Source: a virus
Direction: 5' to 3' (one strand)
IMG/VR virus record: IMGVR_UViG_3300045988_166195
Location: 1 to 64,000 of that record
Length of the DNA stretch: 64,000 bases
Position 1 is the first letter of the stretch, and every line of letters begins with the position of its first letter. Positions 27,643 to 37,150 of the stretch are shown in pieces. The notes under the pieces are model-generated. The model did not search any database. It was not told the DNA's origin and saw nothing but the letters and a program-made list of their open reading frames with translations. Made by a program: the position numbers and the translations under genes.

Positions 27643-28014
27643 CTAGACAAAGAACGTGCAATTTCCCTTGAATGTTTGTACGAGAACGTCGCGGATGTGT
27701 TCCATTGGTGCATCTTCTGGTATTTCGCCCTTGATGACGATCGTGCGTTCGTATCGTAACGAGGCATCAAAGACGTACGAGATGGTCCCGCGTAGTCGCT
27801 TGGGCGTGACGTTACAGTTCTTGGTGAGCACCGAGTACACAGCGAGAGCCTTACTTTCGATCTCGTCGCTGGACATGCGTGAGAGGTCCTTGTCTGAGTA
27901 CTCGTCAGGGGAGAAATCAGGTGGAATTGGGGCGGGGAATTCAATGCGTATTCTGATGTAGCGACGCGGTTTGAGGCGTTTGATAAATGTGGTGAGAACG
28001 GAGATGAGAGACAT
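27643..28014 (-). CDS. Hypothetical protein (start at MSLISVLTTF)
   Basis: ORF track, internal start. Confidence 0.45.
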   Translation of the reverse strand: MSLISVLTTFIKRLKPRRYIRIRIEFPAPIPPDFSPDEYSDKDLSRMSSDEIESKALAVYSVLTKNCNVTPKRLRGTISYVFDASLRYERTIVIKGEIPEDAPMEHIRDVLVQTFKGNCTFFV

Positions 28015-28046
28015 GTTGGTCCTGTCTGTTGTATCTGCTGTTTTGT

Positions 28047-28502
28047 TTAAGAGGATAGCCCAAGAAGGATACACATCAATAGAGGAATGCCGATTATTGC
28101 ACCGATGATGCCGATGAAAATGAAGAGACTCTTTTCATCATCGGTAGCTTTAAATTTTCCGTGACGGCGCAGAAGGTAGATATATTCATTTTTGCGCTGT
28201 TTGTATGCGCTGTATGCTCTGGTATATGGGTCAAAGTCACTTTTACTCGACCAGTTGGCTGCGCCCATGTATCGCCAATAGCGCATACGTTCTTCGTTTT
28301 CGTATGTGGGATTGGCGCGGTATTCCATTTCGTATGCATTTGCCAGATCGTATGAAATACCTTCAAGTTCGTCGATGGCAGGAATTGTCCGGTTGATGTA
28401 GACCTCTCGCTGCTGACGTTCATACGCTTCGAGCAAATCGTCGATATTGTTAGTGTCTGGTGACGGGTGTCCACAGATTTCACACATTAGTTTCTCCTTC
28501 AT
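28047..28502 (-). CDS. Hypothetical protein with N-terminal CxxC and C-terminal TM anchor
   Basis: 'MCEICGH' and a hydrophobic tail 'LFIFIGIIGAIIGIPLLMCILLGL'. Confidence 0.5.
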   Translation of the reverse strand: MKEKLMCEICGHPSPDTNNIDDLLEAYERQQREVYINRTIPAIDELEGISYDLANAYEMEYRANPTYENEERMRYWRYMGAANWSSKSDFDPYTRAYSAYKQRKNEYIYLLRRHGKFKATDDEKSLFIFIGIIGAIIGIPLLMCILLGLSS

Positions 28503-28587
28503 TGATACCGCATAGCAAAGTCCGCCCCTACCAATAGCAAGCGTATGAGCTACGGGTAGAGGCGGACTGTTGTCAAGAGATTAGCGA

Positions 28588-28887
28588 TCAGATCTCATCA
28601 AGCGAGTATTCTCGACCAGCGCGGATGCGCATGATTTCGAAATCAGCCACGTCACTGACAGTGCGGCAACTGGCTTTGTGCAGACGGTTGTAGCGATCGA
28701 TGTAGCTGTTGACCAGCTCAACAGTGGCGGTGAAGCCGACAGGCTCAGCGTCGGGGTTGCGAAGCTCAAGGATGTCGGTGAGGATCTTCGCCTCAAGCAG
28801 ATCCTTCATGATGGTTGTGTCGGTGATTTCGTAACAATCGTATCCGAGGAAGTTGTTGAATTCGATGTTGTTGTGTCGGAAAGTCAT
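28588..28887 (-). CDS. Hypothetical protein (99 aa)
   Basis: ORF track. Confidence 0.5.
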   Translation of the reverse strand: MTFRHNNIEFNNFLGYDCYEITDTTIMKDLLEAKILTDILELRNPDAEPVGFTATVELVNSYIDRYNRLHKASCRTVSDVADFEIMRIRAGREYSLDEI

Positions 28888-28930
28888 GTGGGTTCCTTCT
28901 TTTGTTGGTTGTTGTTGTTGTTATGGGGTG

Positions 28931-29437
28931 TTACTTCTTTTTGCGTGAGTTCTTTTTGGTTGTGCGCGATGTTGCCTCAACTTGCTTCTTTTGTTCTAGT
29001 AGATATAGAACGACTTCAAGTGTCGATGTTGGCTTGAAATTATGTGCAAGATTGAGGAAAATGTCCCCATGTTTGATGAAAGGTGTAGTTGGGATACGCA
29101 CCAGGTCTTTTGCACTATTGAGACGTTTGAGAATCTTATTGTATTCGTCGATGTTGTCATCAATTGTTTGGGGTGCTGTAATCTCTGCTCGCGATGCCTT
29201 CTTCTCATAGGGGTTGTGACCATTGATGAAAGCGATGACATCCCGCTTCGCATAGGGCGGGATGTGATCATCGATGTTGATATAGAATAGCTCGTCGTTT
29301 GTTTTGAGGAAAGCATATTCTGTATCGGCTACATCAACATGAAGGATGTGACCAGGCTGCATCTTTGTGAGAACAACATCAAGGAGTTCTGCGTGTTCGA
29401 CAAAATTGACAGCGTTAACGTCGATCGTCATATCCAT
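28931..29437 (-). CDS. Hypothetical protein, paralog family D (with 32593..33081); start MDMTIDVNAVNF
   Basis: AGAAAGGAG Shine-Dalgarno. N-terminal 'M.M.IDxxxIDxVH' shared with 32593..33081. Confidence 0.55.
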   Translation of the reverse strand: MDMTIDVNAVNFVEHAELLDVVLTKMQPGHILHVDVADTEYAFLKTNDELFYINIDDHIPPYAKRDVIAFINGHNPYEKKASRAEITAPQTIDDNIDEYNKILKRLNSAKDLVRIPTTPFIKHGDIFLNLAHNFKPTSTLEVVLYLLEQKKQVEATSRTTKKNSRKKK

Positions 29438-29453
29438 GCTCTGCTCCTTTCTT

Positions 29454-29627
29454 TTAGTTTGCCATTGATAACATGAAGAACATAACCATCGCCATTGCAC
29501 TAAAAATAGCACCTGCGATGCTGAATGCAGCAGATGTGTATTTTCCTTCTGCAATTTCTCCAGGGATCATTACCAAGTCAACAATGAGTATGATAAGCAT
29601 CGCGATTCCCCATAACGTGTTGCTCAT
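29454..29627 (-). CDS. Unlisted 57-aa two-TM membrane protein (MSNTLWGIAMLIILIVDL...)
   Basis: Found by translating the minus strand. AAAGG 7 nt upstream. Below the ORF-track cutoff. Confidence 0.4.
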   Translation of the reverse strand: MSNTLWGIAMLIILIVDLVMIPGEIAEGKYTSAAFSIAGAIFSAMAMVMFFMLSMAN

Positions 29628-29652
29628 GTTGTAACCTTTCTGTTTTTCTTTG

Positions 29653-29859
29653 TTAGATCAATGCCGCAATGTCAATCATGATGATGACGAGGAAGAAACT
29701 CATGAGAACAGAGCTGCTGATGAGAAATGCGATATGGCGTTTGCGGTGTGTGGGTTGCGTTGTTGACATGCTGCGTGGCATTGCTATAAGAGTGACAAAT
29801 AGCAACACGGTGAGTACAAATCCTGCGACGTGAGCAGGGGTGATGGATGCGATGTTCAT
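29653..29859 (-). CDS. Small membrane protein (start MNIASITPAHVAGF)
   Basis: Two hydrophobic helices. Confidence 0.45.
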   Translation of the reverse strand: MNIASITPAHVAGFVLTVLLFVTLIAMPRSMSTTQPTHRKRHIAFLISSSVLMSFFLVIIMIDIAALI

Positions 29860-29860
29860 G

Positions 29861-30085
29861 TCAGGACCACACGAGCCATGCTTCTGGTTTTGCATTGATG
29901 CGCTTCAGCATCCATGCGTCATCGTGCGCGCATTCGATGTTGTTGCTATCGATCCAGAGGTTGAATCCGTCACAATATGTCTTCATGTATCGATTACCCT
30001 CGCTGTCTTCGACAACGGCACCGATCGAAAGACGGTTAAACGGCGTGATGAGCGTACTGAAGATAACAGGTGGGTGAATAGACAT
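29861..30085 (-). CDS. Hypothetical protein (start MSIHPPVIF)
   Basis: AGAAAGGA Shine-Dalgarno. Confidence 0.45.
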   Translation of the reverse strand: MSIHPPVIFSTLITPFNRLSIGAVVEDSEGNRYMKTYCDGFNLWIDSNNIECAHDDAWMLKRINAKPEAWLVWS

Positions 30086-30121
30086 GTGTGTCCTTTCTTG
30101 TGAGTTGTTGATGCGATGTGT

Positions 30122-30197
<76 letters not shown>

Positions 30198-30201
30198 TGC
30201 G

Positions 30202-30287
30202 TCCCCTCGGTGGGATTCGAACCCACACGTCCTGTTTTGAACACTGGAACCTAAATCCAGCGCGTCTACCTGTTTCGCCACGAGGGG
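30202..30287 (-). tRNA. tRNA-Leu (anticodon UAG), long variable arm, no encoded CCA
   Basis: Anticodon stem-loop CTGGA-TTTAGGT-TCCAG. T-loop GGTTCGAATCC. Acceptor CCCCTCG/CGAGGGG. Confidence 0.8.
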
Positions 30288-30357
30288 TGGGCTCTCTGAT
30301 TAGCGGTGTTGATGCTTGTACGTATCAGAGAGCTTTGTGATGATGGGTGAGAACTGT

Positions 30358-30555
30358 TCACCACTCGTCTGTTAGGGTGAAGATAAAGCCCTCGAATTCA
30401 ACGCGTTTGATGAGATCATCGAGCATCCTGATGTTCTCGTTCAGAATGTCAGTCAGGATCGGTTGATCGTCGGCTCTCTTCTCACCTTCCAGCTGATCAC
30501 GCAGCAACTTCATGCTGCGCGTGATGAGGGATTGCGCCTTGTCATTGAGTTCCAT
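30358..30555 (-). CDS. Small hypothetical protein (65 aa)
   Basis: AAGAAAGGAGAAC Shine-Dalgarno. Confidence 0.45.
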   Translation of the reverse strand: MELNDKAQSLITRSMKLLRDQLEGEKRADDQPILTDILNENIRMLDDLIKRVEFEGFIFTLTDEW

Positions 30556-30598
30556 GGTGTTCTCCTTTCTTATTGGTCATCAGTTTTTGGCTGTGTTG

Positions 30599-31171
30599 TT
30601 ACCACACAAAGCGCAAGCTTGTCCTAATACTGCCGTGGATGATCTTGGTGGTATCAGGGTTATGTGCGGCATTACAACGTCGAACGATTTCTGCGAGCTC
30701 ATCATTAGTGTAATAATTGTTCCATGGGTCCACCCACACGCAAAAAGGTTCATTGGGGTTGTGTGGTCGATGGACGTGATAGAATGTATTACACCCCGGT
30801 GGATCAATGATCGTACCTGCGGAGAAGTCACTCGCCTTGAAGACATGGCGAGTGCCATCAGGGCCTTCGGCTTCGAACATGTCGCCAGTGAGCTCTTCTG
30901 GCTCATCCCTATCTTCTGTCATTGCCTTTTCAGTCTTTTCGGAGGTATCAATGGGATTATCCCCATTGTCCCTATCGGTGATAAGAGACTTATCAATGTT
31001 GACGTTGAAGGTGTCGCAGAAATAATCAAGAGCGCGATCGAGATCGGCCTTGACATCGAAGTCGGATTCATTTTCTTCAGAGATTTCATCGAGAAAAGCC
31101 TCGTTGAGCATGTCGTTGAGCAATTCAACGAATGCCTCTGCGTTACCTATGAACTCTTGATGGTTAGGCAT
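30599..31171 (-). CDS. Hypothetical acidic protein, paralog family E (with 31205..31702)
   Basis: Matching N-termini (M..H.EF.N.EEF..FL.ElL.) and central 'D.F.A..P.G'. C-terminal HxH-containing segments. Confidence 0.55.
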   Translation of the reverse strand: MPNHQEFIGNAEAFVELLNDMLNEAFLDEISEENESDFDVKADLDRALDYFCDTFNVNIDKSLITDRDNGDNPIDTSEKTEKAMTEDRDEPEELTGDMFEAEGPDGTRHVFKASDFSAGTIIDPPGCNTFYHVHRPHNPNEPFCVWVDPWNNYYTNDELAEIVRRCNAAHNPDTTKIIHGSIRTSLRFVW

Positions 31172-31204
31172 ATGTATTCCTCTGTTGATGCAAGATGTCG
31201 CGGA

Positions 31205-31702
31205 TCAGCCGAAGTGGATGATCGTGACGTTGCCGTTGGCACTGCGAGCGAGTTCAGCCACAGCGTTATCATCGAGTAGCTCAGTCATGGTATTGACCCA
31301 CGCACTGTGACCGTGGTCGCCATGGTCGATGAGAGTGTGGAGGAACTCGTCACCCTCAATGGTGATGACGGTTCCGAAGGGGAGTTCGATTGCCTTGTAG
31401 GTACTCTGGAGTCCGTTGGGATCCTGAGCGGTGAACAGGTCTTCTGCGAGCACAGACGCAGGCTCTTCTTGTTCAGACTGCTCGTTCTTTTCGGTCGTAT
31501 CAAACATCTCTTCGGGAGAGAAGACAATCTGACCACCGTTAATGAGCTTTTCCACCTTGTCCAGGTCGATACCGATGATCTCGGAGAGAGCCTGTCGGGC
31601 GTTGGTCTGCTGAGTCTGTTTGCCAAGCACTTTGCCCACCAGTTCATCAAGGAACGCCTTGAACTCTTCTTCGGTATTCGGGAATTCGTGTTCGTCAGCC
31701 AT
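31205..31702 (-). CDS. Hypothetical acidic protein, paralog family E
   Basis: See 30599..31171. Confidence 0.55.
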   Translation of the reverse strand: MADEHEFPNTEEEFKAFLDELVGKVLGKQTQQTNARQALSEIIGIDLDKVEKLINGGQIVFSPEEMFDTTEKNEQSEQEEPASVLAEDLFTAQDPNGLQSTYKAIELPFGTVITIEGDEFLHTLIDHGDHGHSAWVNTMTELLDDNAVAELARSANGNVTIIHFG

Positions 31703-31924
31703 GTTTCTGTCCTTTCTAGTGACATGAAGTATGTAGGGTGGGTGTCAATCACCCACCGTATAGAGTACACACAGGTGTGTGTCAAGAGTGCGGTTTCTTT
31801 ACTGCTACCGATGCAATTTCATTGCATGAAAACAGCACATAAACCAGAGAGAGAGCCCCGTTACCGACTGCTGTACTGGGTACTGATCAATGTGGTAACG
31901 GGGCGTGTGTTCAGCGTCTTGCGC

Positions 31925-32293
31925 TTAGCTGTTGTCGTAACGGCTGTATGGGTGATGTTTCACGTAGTCGTGGAAGTTGCTCAGAACGCTGTTCCACGAT
32001 CGGCGCGAGCCGAACAAGCGATCGAGCTCAGACCAGTACTCGGGATTACCGGAATCACCGATAGCACGAGAGGTCTGCTTGTATGGGCTGTCGCCCATTT
32101 TTTCGACGCGGGTGACGATTAGTGAGGCGGGATCTTCGTTGTCGTTGAAGTTCTCCCACAACGCAACATGGTAGACGTAGTTCCAGTCATCGAACCATGT
32201 CTGGCGATGCATGTAGGAGTCTTCAAAGAGGCCGACATCGGGGCCGGTCTTTTCCCATTGTCGCCAATCGATGTCGAGAGGTACGTGAGGCAT
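31925..32293 (-). CDS. Hypothetical protein (122 aa)
   Basis: ORF track. Confidence 0.5.
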   Translation of the reverse strand: MPHVPLDIDWRQWEKTGPDVGLFEDSYMHRQTWFDDWNYVYHVALWENFNDNEDPASLIVTRVEKMGDSPYKQTSRAIGDSGNPEYWSELDRLFGSRRSWNSVLSNFHDYVKHHPYSRYDNS

Positions 32294-32310
32294 GAGTGTG
32301 CTCCTTCTTT

Positions 32311-32562
32311 TCAGTTGGCGGTGTCGATGACAACCACGACAAATTCCATCTCAAACTTGTCATAGAATTCCTGGACAGTCAGCTGAGTCTGCTCACCCGG
32401 CATCAGCCAGAAACCGTCCCTGGTGTTGTCGCTCGACAGGAACATGAACCGCTGGCCGGAGACAAGGACGACGGTCCCAGGGACGGTAATTTTCCAGTAC
32501 CCTTCCGTCCTGATCTCACCGTTACGGATGACGAGAAGAGGCTTGTCGTAGATAGTTACCAT
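32311..32562 (-). CDS. Hypothetical protein (83 aa)
   Basis: ORF track. Confidence 0.5.
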   Translation of the reverse strand: MVTIYDKPLLVIRNGEIRTEGYWKITVPGTVVLVSGQRFMFLSSDNTRDGFWLMPGEQTQLTVQEFYDKFEMEFVVVVIDTAN

Positions 32563-32592
32563 TGTTTTTCTTCTTTCTTCTGAAATTCTTTG

Positions 32593-33081
32593 CTATGAGA
32601 AGAGCTTTTTGAGATTGGTTGACGGTGTGTCATTGAGGAACAACATAGTTGCGATCTGAGATCGCGATAGTTGCTGTAGCTCGTTGTCCAGATCAATGAA
32701 GAAACCATCGCAAGCGATAATACGTCTATTTGCGATATGTAGTAGTTCGCCGGGCTTAGCATGCATCGCCCTATTGAGTGAGATGTCTTGACTCTTGATA
32801 TTCTGCTCAGGGGATGGTTGGCTGAAATCGATATAGCATGCGTCTTCGTATTTGGGATTCTTACCTTGGACGAAGCTGGTGAATTCTGATGGGTTCAACT
32901 CCCCAATAGTTTCGTTGGTGCAGATGAGGGTATCGCGAATCGTTGTGACGAATTCGTAAGTATCACCGTCGAAAAATTCAACGTGGACAATGTGAGCCTT
33001 GGGGAGACTCTTGAGCACTAGCGCCAGAATATCTGGATTGTGGACGAGATCGATGTTACTCGTGTCAATGTTGATGTTCAT
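32593..33081 (-). CDS. Hypothetical protein, paralog family D (start MNINIDTSNIDLVH)
   Basis: AAAAGGAG Shine-Dalgarno. Similar to 28931..29437. Confidence 0.55.
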   Translation of the reverse strand: MNINIDTSNIDLVHNPDILALVLKSLPKAHIVHVEFFDGDTYEFVTTIRDTLICTNETIGELNPSEFTSFVQGKNPKYEDACYIDFSQPSPEQNIKSQDISLNRAMHAKPGELLHIANRRIIACDGFFIDLDNELQQLSRSQIATMLFLNDTPSTNLKKLFS

Positions 33082-33111
33082 CGGGCTCCTTTTGGGTGTT
33101 GTCAATGTGGG

Positions 33112-33243
33112 TTAGTAAGACCAATATCCTTCATCCCCATGACAGTAGAAGCAATCGCAATCATCGAAACCGTTGCAATCCGTACAGTCACATGGGAATT
33201 GATCGCTGTAGTCGCAGCAGAGACATGTGTGCTTTGTCATTTC
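33112..33243 (-). CDS. Unlisted 43-aa Cys-rich protein (MTKHTCLCCDYSDQFPCDCTDCNGFDDCDCFYCHGDEGYWSY)
   Basis: Found by translating the minus strand. 11 Cys in 43 aa. GAAGG upstream. Confidence 0.35.
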   Translation of the reverse strand, partial: EMTKHTCLCCDYSDQFPCDCTDCNGFDDCDCFYCHGDEGYWSY

Positions 33244-33274
33244 GAAATCGCCTTCTTTCGGTTGTTGTTTGTTG

Positions 33275-33505
33275 TTACCAGATCGCTGGAATGAGCCAGT
33301 AGTAAATGACGTTGATCATGCCCCACAAGGCGATTACACTGGACAAGGCGCTTGGCACTCCAAAAATCATAATGATAGCGAAGCGATCTTCTTCACCCTT
33401 GCTGCCAAGAATAAAGTAGCAAGCTGCAACGAACATGGCTATCGCGGCAGCACCTGTCATTACAATAAAAATAAGTGCCTTCATGATAGCGTTAAAGGTT
33501 TCCAT
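33275..33505 (-). CDS. Small two-TM membrane protein (76 aa)
   Basis: Hydrophobic throughout. Confidence 0.45.
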   Translation of the reverse strand: METFNAIMKALIFIVMTGAAAIAMFVAACYFILGSKGEEDRFAIIMIFGVPSALSSVIALWGMINVIYYWLIPAIW

Positions 33506-33520
33506 TTTTCCTCCTGGGAT

Positions 33521-34315
33521 CTATTGAAGCTCTTCTTTCAAACCACCATCGTGGATTTCCCCATTGTGGTAGTTAATATCCCAATGGTTAGCGGTATTGA
33601 ACACTGTAATGTGCTCGGAAATGGACTGGTCGCACGATTCCATGTCGATGGTGACGGTGCGAGGGATTAGTTCGCTGTTGATGTAGTTGGGTGTCACAGC
33701 ATAGTAGAGCGGACATTGTGCGTTGGCTGGGTTATCCAGATAGTCACGCGCCTTGGTCTCTGCGTACGCCATACCGCCAGTGTGGTTGTTATCGATGCCG
33801 ACGTTCTGAGTACGTGTTCCGGTGACAAGGTTTTCTTTCACGGGATCTCCACCGAGCGAATCAGCGATCATGTGTGAGCGGTTCCAGAACCATCCGTAAT
33901 AGGGTTTGTCGTCTCTGCCATAGGTGGCACTATAGATGGTGGCCTTTCGGTTCTTTTTGGGCCATCCGGTAGGGTTGATATTGATGTCTTGCCTGCCGCG
34001 CTCTTTGGCTTGGAGCCTACTCTCGGTGGTGAGTACGCCATACGCGCACGTCGGGCGACTCAGCTCGTCGAGAGGGCAGTACGCGATGGTACCATCAGAG
34101 GATGCGTCAGTCTGGTACGGATGCTGCGCCGGGCCTCCGATGCTGTAGTAATTGCTGGTGACACCGGATTGATTGGGCTGGGGGAGGTTATTAAAGAATC
34201 CAAATAAATACCCTATCAGCGTAATAGTCAGTACCATTGCGACGATAAGGAAGATGGTTTTTCTAATCAATTCATCAGGTGAAATGTTTGGTTTAGCAAA
34301 ATAATGATTGAGCAT
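33521..34315 (-). CDS. Membrane-anchored extracytoplasmic nuclease-like protein, paralog 1 (His-Me finger / non-specific endonuclease-like)
   Basis: N-terminal TM helix. 'GWFWNRSHMIADSLGG' resembles the DRGH-type ββα-Me motif with a downstream Asn. Conserved Cys pairs. Confidence 0.55.
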   Translation of the reverse strand: MLNHYFAKPNISPDELIRKTIFLIVAMVLTITLIGYLFGFFNNLPQPNQSGVTSNYYSIGGPAQHPYQTDASSDGTIAYCPLDELSRPTCAYGVLTTESRLQAKERGRQDININPTGWPKKNRKATIYSATYGRDDKPYYGWFWNRSHMIADSLGGDPVKENLVTGTRTQNVGIDNNHTGGMAYAETKARDYLDNPANAQCPLYYAVTPNYINSELIPRTVTIDMESCDQSISEHITVFNTANHWDINYHNGEIHDGGLKEELQ

Positions 34316-34329
34316 GTTTACGTCCTTTA

Positions 34330-35121
34330 CTATCTGCGAGTTTCGCCCGTGTGGTAATTGATGTCGTAGGTGGTTTCAACGTTGTAGATTGTCATTCGCT
34401 TAGAGAGCGACTGATCACACGCTTCAATATCAACTGTCAGGCTTCGTGGAATAAGCTCATCTGCCTCGTAATTAGCCGTCACCGCGTAGTACAATGGACA
34501 CTGCGCGTTGTACTGGTCATCAAGATACTGTGCGGCAAGATACTCGGGGTATTGAAGGCCGTTCTTGAAATAGCTATTACCCTTATGCCCAGAGTTATTC
34601 AGGTGTTCGGTACCTGTGATGGTGTTATTGGGAACGAAGTCACCACCTAGTTGCGTTCCGAGCATAGGGGTCTTGACCCAGAGTGGTCCGAAGTATTCAA
34701 CATAAGTATTGGTTTCGGGCCAGCCGCTGGGGTTGAAATCAACGTCGTGACGTTGGTAATTCTTACCCTTTTCACGGTTCTCTGGAGTCAGGAGACCGTA
34801 AGCGCATGTGGGACGACCGTGATCGTCAGGATCGCAGTAGGTGATGGTGCCTTCGCTTGGCTGATACGTACGTTGTGCAGGACCGTCGAATGCGATGTAT
34901 TTCTCGGATGATGAGAGCACACCAGGGCCTGAGACGAATGGGTCAGGCTGTGTAAACTTCTTATGCAGTTCGATGCCGCTATTAACCACGAGGAAGGCAA
35001 TGAAGATTGCGCCTATGAATGCGATGATTCGAGCGACGTTTTCTGGAATTCGGATTGTGCCGAAGAGGTAAAGGTCGGTTGTGGCAGGTTCTAGGTTTCG
35101 ATGCTCTCGTTCTGGGTACAT
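34330..35121 (-). CDS. Membrane-anchored nuclease-like paralog 2 (NRSH motif replaced)
   Basis: Shares 'GPAQxxYQ...TCAYGLLT' and 'AQCPLYYAVT...ELIPR..TVDIE(S/A)CDQS' with paralog 1. The catalytic-like 'NRSH' position reads 'KTPM'. Confidence 0.5.
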   Translation of the reverse strand: MYPEREHRNLEPATTDLYLFGTIRIPENVARIIAFIGAIFIAFLVVNSGIELHKKFTQPDPFVSGPGVLSSSEKYIAFDGPAQRTYQPSEGTITYCDPDDHGRPTCAYGLLTPENREKGKNYQRHDVDFNPSGWPETNTYVEYFGPLWVKTPMLGTQLGGDFVPNNTITGTEHLNNSGHKGNSYFKNGLQYPEYLAAQYLDDQYNAQCPLYYAVTANYEADELIPRSLTVDIEACDQSLSKRMTIYNVETTYDINYHTGETRR

Positions 35122-35138
35122 GTGTTTCCTTTTCAGTT

Positions 35139-35321
35139 TTAATTCAGATGGTCTAAGAAGATTAAGCCAAGTGCAATCATTAGGAGAATGATAGCTACTG
35201 ATCCGCAGAATACGAATAGTTTCGGGATAATGAATGATCCGATGTGAATCTTCGCATTATCGGGTATTCGTGCAATGAGGGATCCATCTTCGTTCTCGAT
35301 GATTTCAATCATGGGATTCAT
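35139..35321 (-). CDS. Small membrane protein (60 aa)
   Basis: ORF track. C-terminal TM helix. Confidence 0.4.
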   Translation of the reverse strand: MNPMIEIIENEDGSLIARIPDNAKIHIGSFIIPKLFVFCGSVAIILLMIALGLIFLDHLN

Positions 35322-35345
35322 AGGTATGGGGTGTCTTTTTTCTGC

Positions 35346-35582
35346 TTAGAGGGAGATAGATGGGCACCAGCCATGGCCGCTGAGCAACCACGGCACGTCG
35401 ACACGCAGCATGTCTGCGAGCATGTCGAGATCTCCAAACGTGAGATCCAGCAGCTGACCCGTCACCGATCGAATGACGTTGTGGTCAGTGTTTGGATAGA
35501 TCTGGTCACTGCGGGAGATAACCCGATCGATGAAAGCCTTCTGAGCGCTTTCACCTGTGATGTTACGGATGTTAACAGCCAT
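35346..35582 (-). CDS. Hypothetical protein (78 aa, start MAVNIRNITGE)
   Basis: AAGGAAAG Shine-Dalgarno. Internal start of track ORF 35346..35735. Confidence 0.45.
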   Translation of the reverse strand: MAVNIRNITGESAQKAFIDRVISRSDQIYPNTDHNVIRSVTGQLLDLTFGDLDMLADMLRVDVPWLLSGHGWCPSISL

Positions 35583-35598
35583 GGTATGAGGTCTTTCC

Positions 35599-35883
35599 TT
35601 AGTTGGTGTGCACAGATGCAAGAGTATCGAGCGTCTGTGTAACTGTGTCGAAGTGAGTGCCGCCAACGATGTAATCGGTGGCGGTGACCACGATAACGAT
35701 CGGATCGGCGTTGTTTTGAGCGCCGAGGTGCGCATGGAGAGTGATGGTACCGTCGTGACGGGACACTACATCGAAGGTGATGTCTCGGGCTTCGCTCATG
35801 AGATCGAAGGCAAGCTCGTCTGCGCGATGATCGTGTACGTTGTAAGAACGGTCGGAGCGAGCGTTCTTCTGCTTCTTGGTCAT
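35599..35883 (-). CDS. Hypothetical protein (94 aa, start MTKKQKNARSD)
   Basis: Only the C-terminal 94 codons of track ORF 35599..36411 look protein-like. The upstream part is antisense of the SLOG gene. Confidence 0.45.
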   Translation of the reverse strand: MTKKQKNARSDRSYNVHDHRADELAFDLMSEARDITFDVVSRHDGTITLHAHLGAQNNADPIVIVVTATDYIVGGTHFDTVTQTLDTLASVHTN

Positions 35884-35911
35884 GATGATATGGGTCTTTC
35901 TGGTAGTTGTA

Positions 35912-36394
35912 TTAGTGGGTGTATGGATCAAGGACGCGATACGTTCCATGGGTGGGATGATTGGGGTTATATACCCACAAACGCTGACCCCACACAACAA
36001 GGACGGGGATTCCGGCCTGCTGCGCGAGGTCGATGCAGTTCCATGTGCCTCGGGATCCGTGGCCCCCTTGATTCTTGGGGTGATCGGGGAACGCAAGGCA
36101 AAGATCTGCTCCCAGCTCAACCATCTGCTTATTGCGGATGGGACCAGCGGCCCTGCCGTACTTCTTCCAGTCGGCTCGATGCACTTCAGTCTGGAGGTTG
36201 AACAGGCGTTGTCCGTGGAGAGCCGCTTCGGTGTCGGCTCCGGTCGCACCGCCATGGACGATGATGGGGTTCTTCTGGGTCTTGTTGAAGATGTCCTGTA
36301 CAGCGAGGCGTAGAGCGTCGGAATCGTATGGTGTCCACTGGTGTGTGCGGGAACCGGTGATGAGCAAGCGGGGCAAACGTGTTGTCTCAGACAT
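35912..36394 (-). CDS. SLOG-domain protein (DUF2493-like)
   Basis: 'LLITGSR...IIVHGGATGADTEA' matches the DUF2493/SLOG family common on actinobacterial plasmids and phages. Start at MSETTRLPRLLITG. Confidence 0.5.
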   Translation of the reverse strand: MSETTRLPRLLITGSRTHQWTPYDSDALRLAVQDIFNKTQKNPIIVHGGATGADTEAALHGQRLFNLQTEVHRADWKKYGRAAGPIRNKQMVELGADLCLAFPDHPKNQGGHGSRGTWNCIDLAQQAGIPVLVVWGQRLWVYNPNHPTHGTYRVLDPYTH

Positions 36395-36479
36395 GCGGTT
36401 ACTCCAAGCAAAAAGAGAGAGGTGGGGGGGAATCAATACGATTCCCGGCACACGGTAGTGTGCTGAGATGGTTAATGCA

Positions 36480-36977
36480 TCAACGAACGATGGGGTGCTC
36501 GCTGTAGTAGTCGCGCATTGCGTCTTGAGTGATGATCTCATCAGTGGTGACGATGGGGAGGTGTACCAGATGAGAGAGCGATGATGATGTGTGTCGTGCG
36601 TAAGCATCTGCCCATGGAAGTTCGCGATACGTTCTTTTGCTCAGTGCGGCGTGGGTCATGCTGCCTATAGCAGCACAGACACGATCGATGAGAGCTCGCT
36701 CTCTGCACAGGGTTGGGTGCGTGAGAGCCGAGGGGTTACCGGAGGGCAGTTCTCCTGGTCGAATCAAGAGCTTGCCCCGATGAAGGTGGTAGAGCTCTGG
36801 GTTCACAGGGCCGACTACCCATGCATGAAAATCCTCTGGAAACAGAGGGGATGCGTGGCGAACAAGATGTGCAGCCTGTGCGTAAAACGCAAGCTTATGG
36901 AGCTTCAGTGTCACCATTGTGCTCTCACGAGCGAGGATGTATGCAGCGACATCCACGATGGATACAGATACAGCCAT
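36480..36977 (-). CDS. Panacea-domain (DUF4065, SocA/GepA-like) putative antitoxin
   Basis: 'KLHKLAFYAQAAHLVRHASPLFPEDFHAWVVGPVNPELY' matches the DUF4065 core. Start at MAVSVSIVDV. Confidence 0.55.
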   Translation of the reverse strand: MAVSVSIVDVAAYILARESTMVTLKLHKLAFYAQAAHLVRHASPLFPEDFHAWVVGPVNPELYHLHRGKLLIRPGELPSGNPSALTHPTLCRERALIDRVCAAIGSMTHAALSKRTYRELPWADAYARHTSSSLSHLVHLPIVTTDEIITQDAMRDYYSEHPIVR

Positions 36978-37150
36978 GGTGTACCTCTTCTTTCTGTTGT
37001 CTGGTGAGGGGGAGGGCCGGTACCAACAGTACCGACGGATCATGATGATGCTCGGCACACGGGAGTGTGCCAAGGCTCTGTGTTATACTTAGTTATCAGG
37101 AAAAACAAAGAGCCACAACACGGATACAACAAGTAAGACAGGAGGTTGTA

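Noticed and set aside
35599-36411. 270-aa minus ORF and 35608..36201 plus ORF
   Set aside because: Most of their length is antisense to the SLOG gene. Only the 94-codon 3' segment (35599..35883) reads like a real protein.
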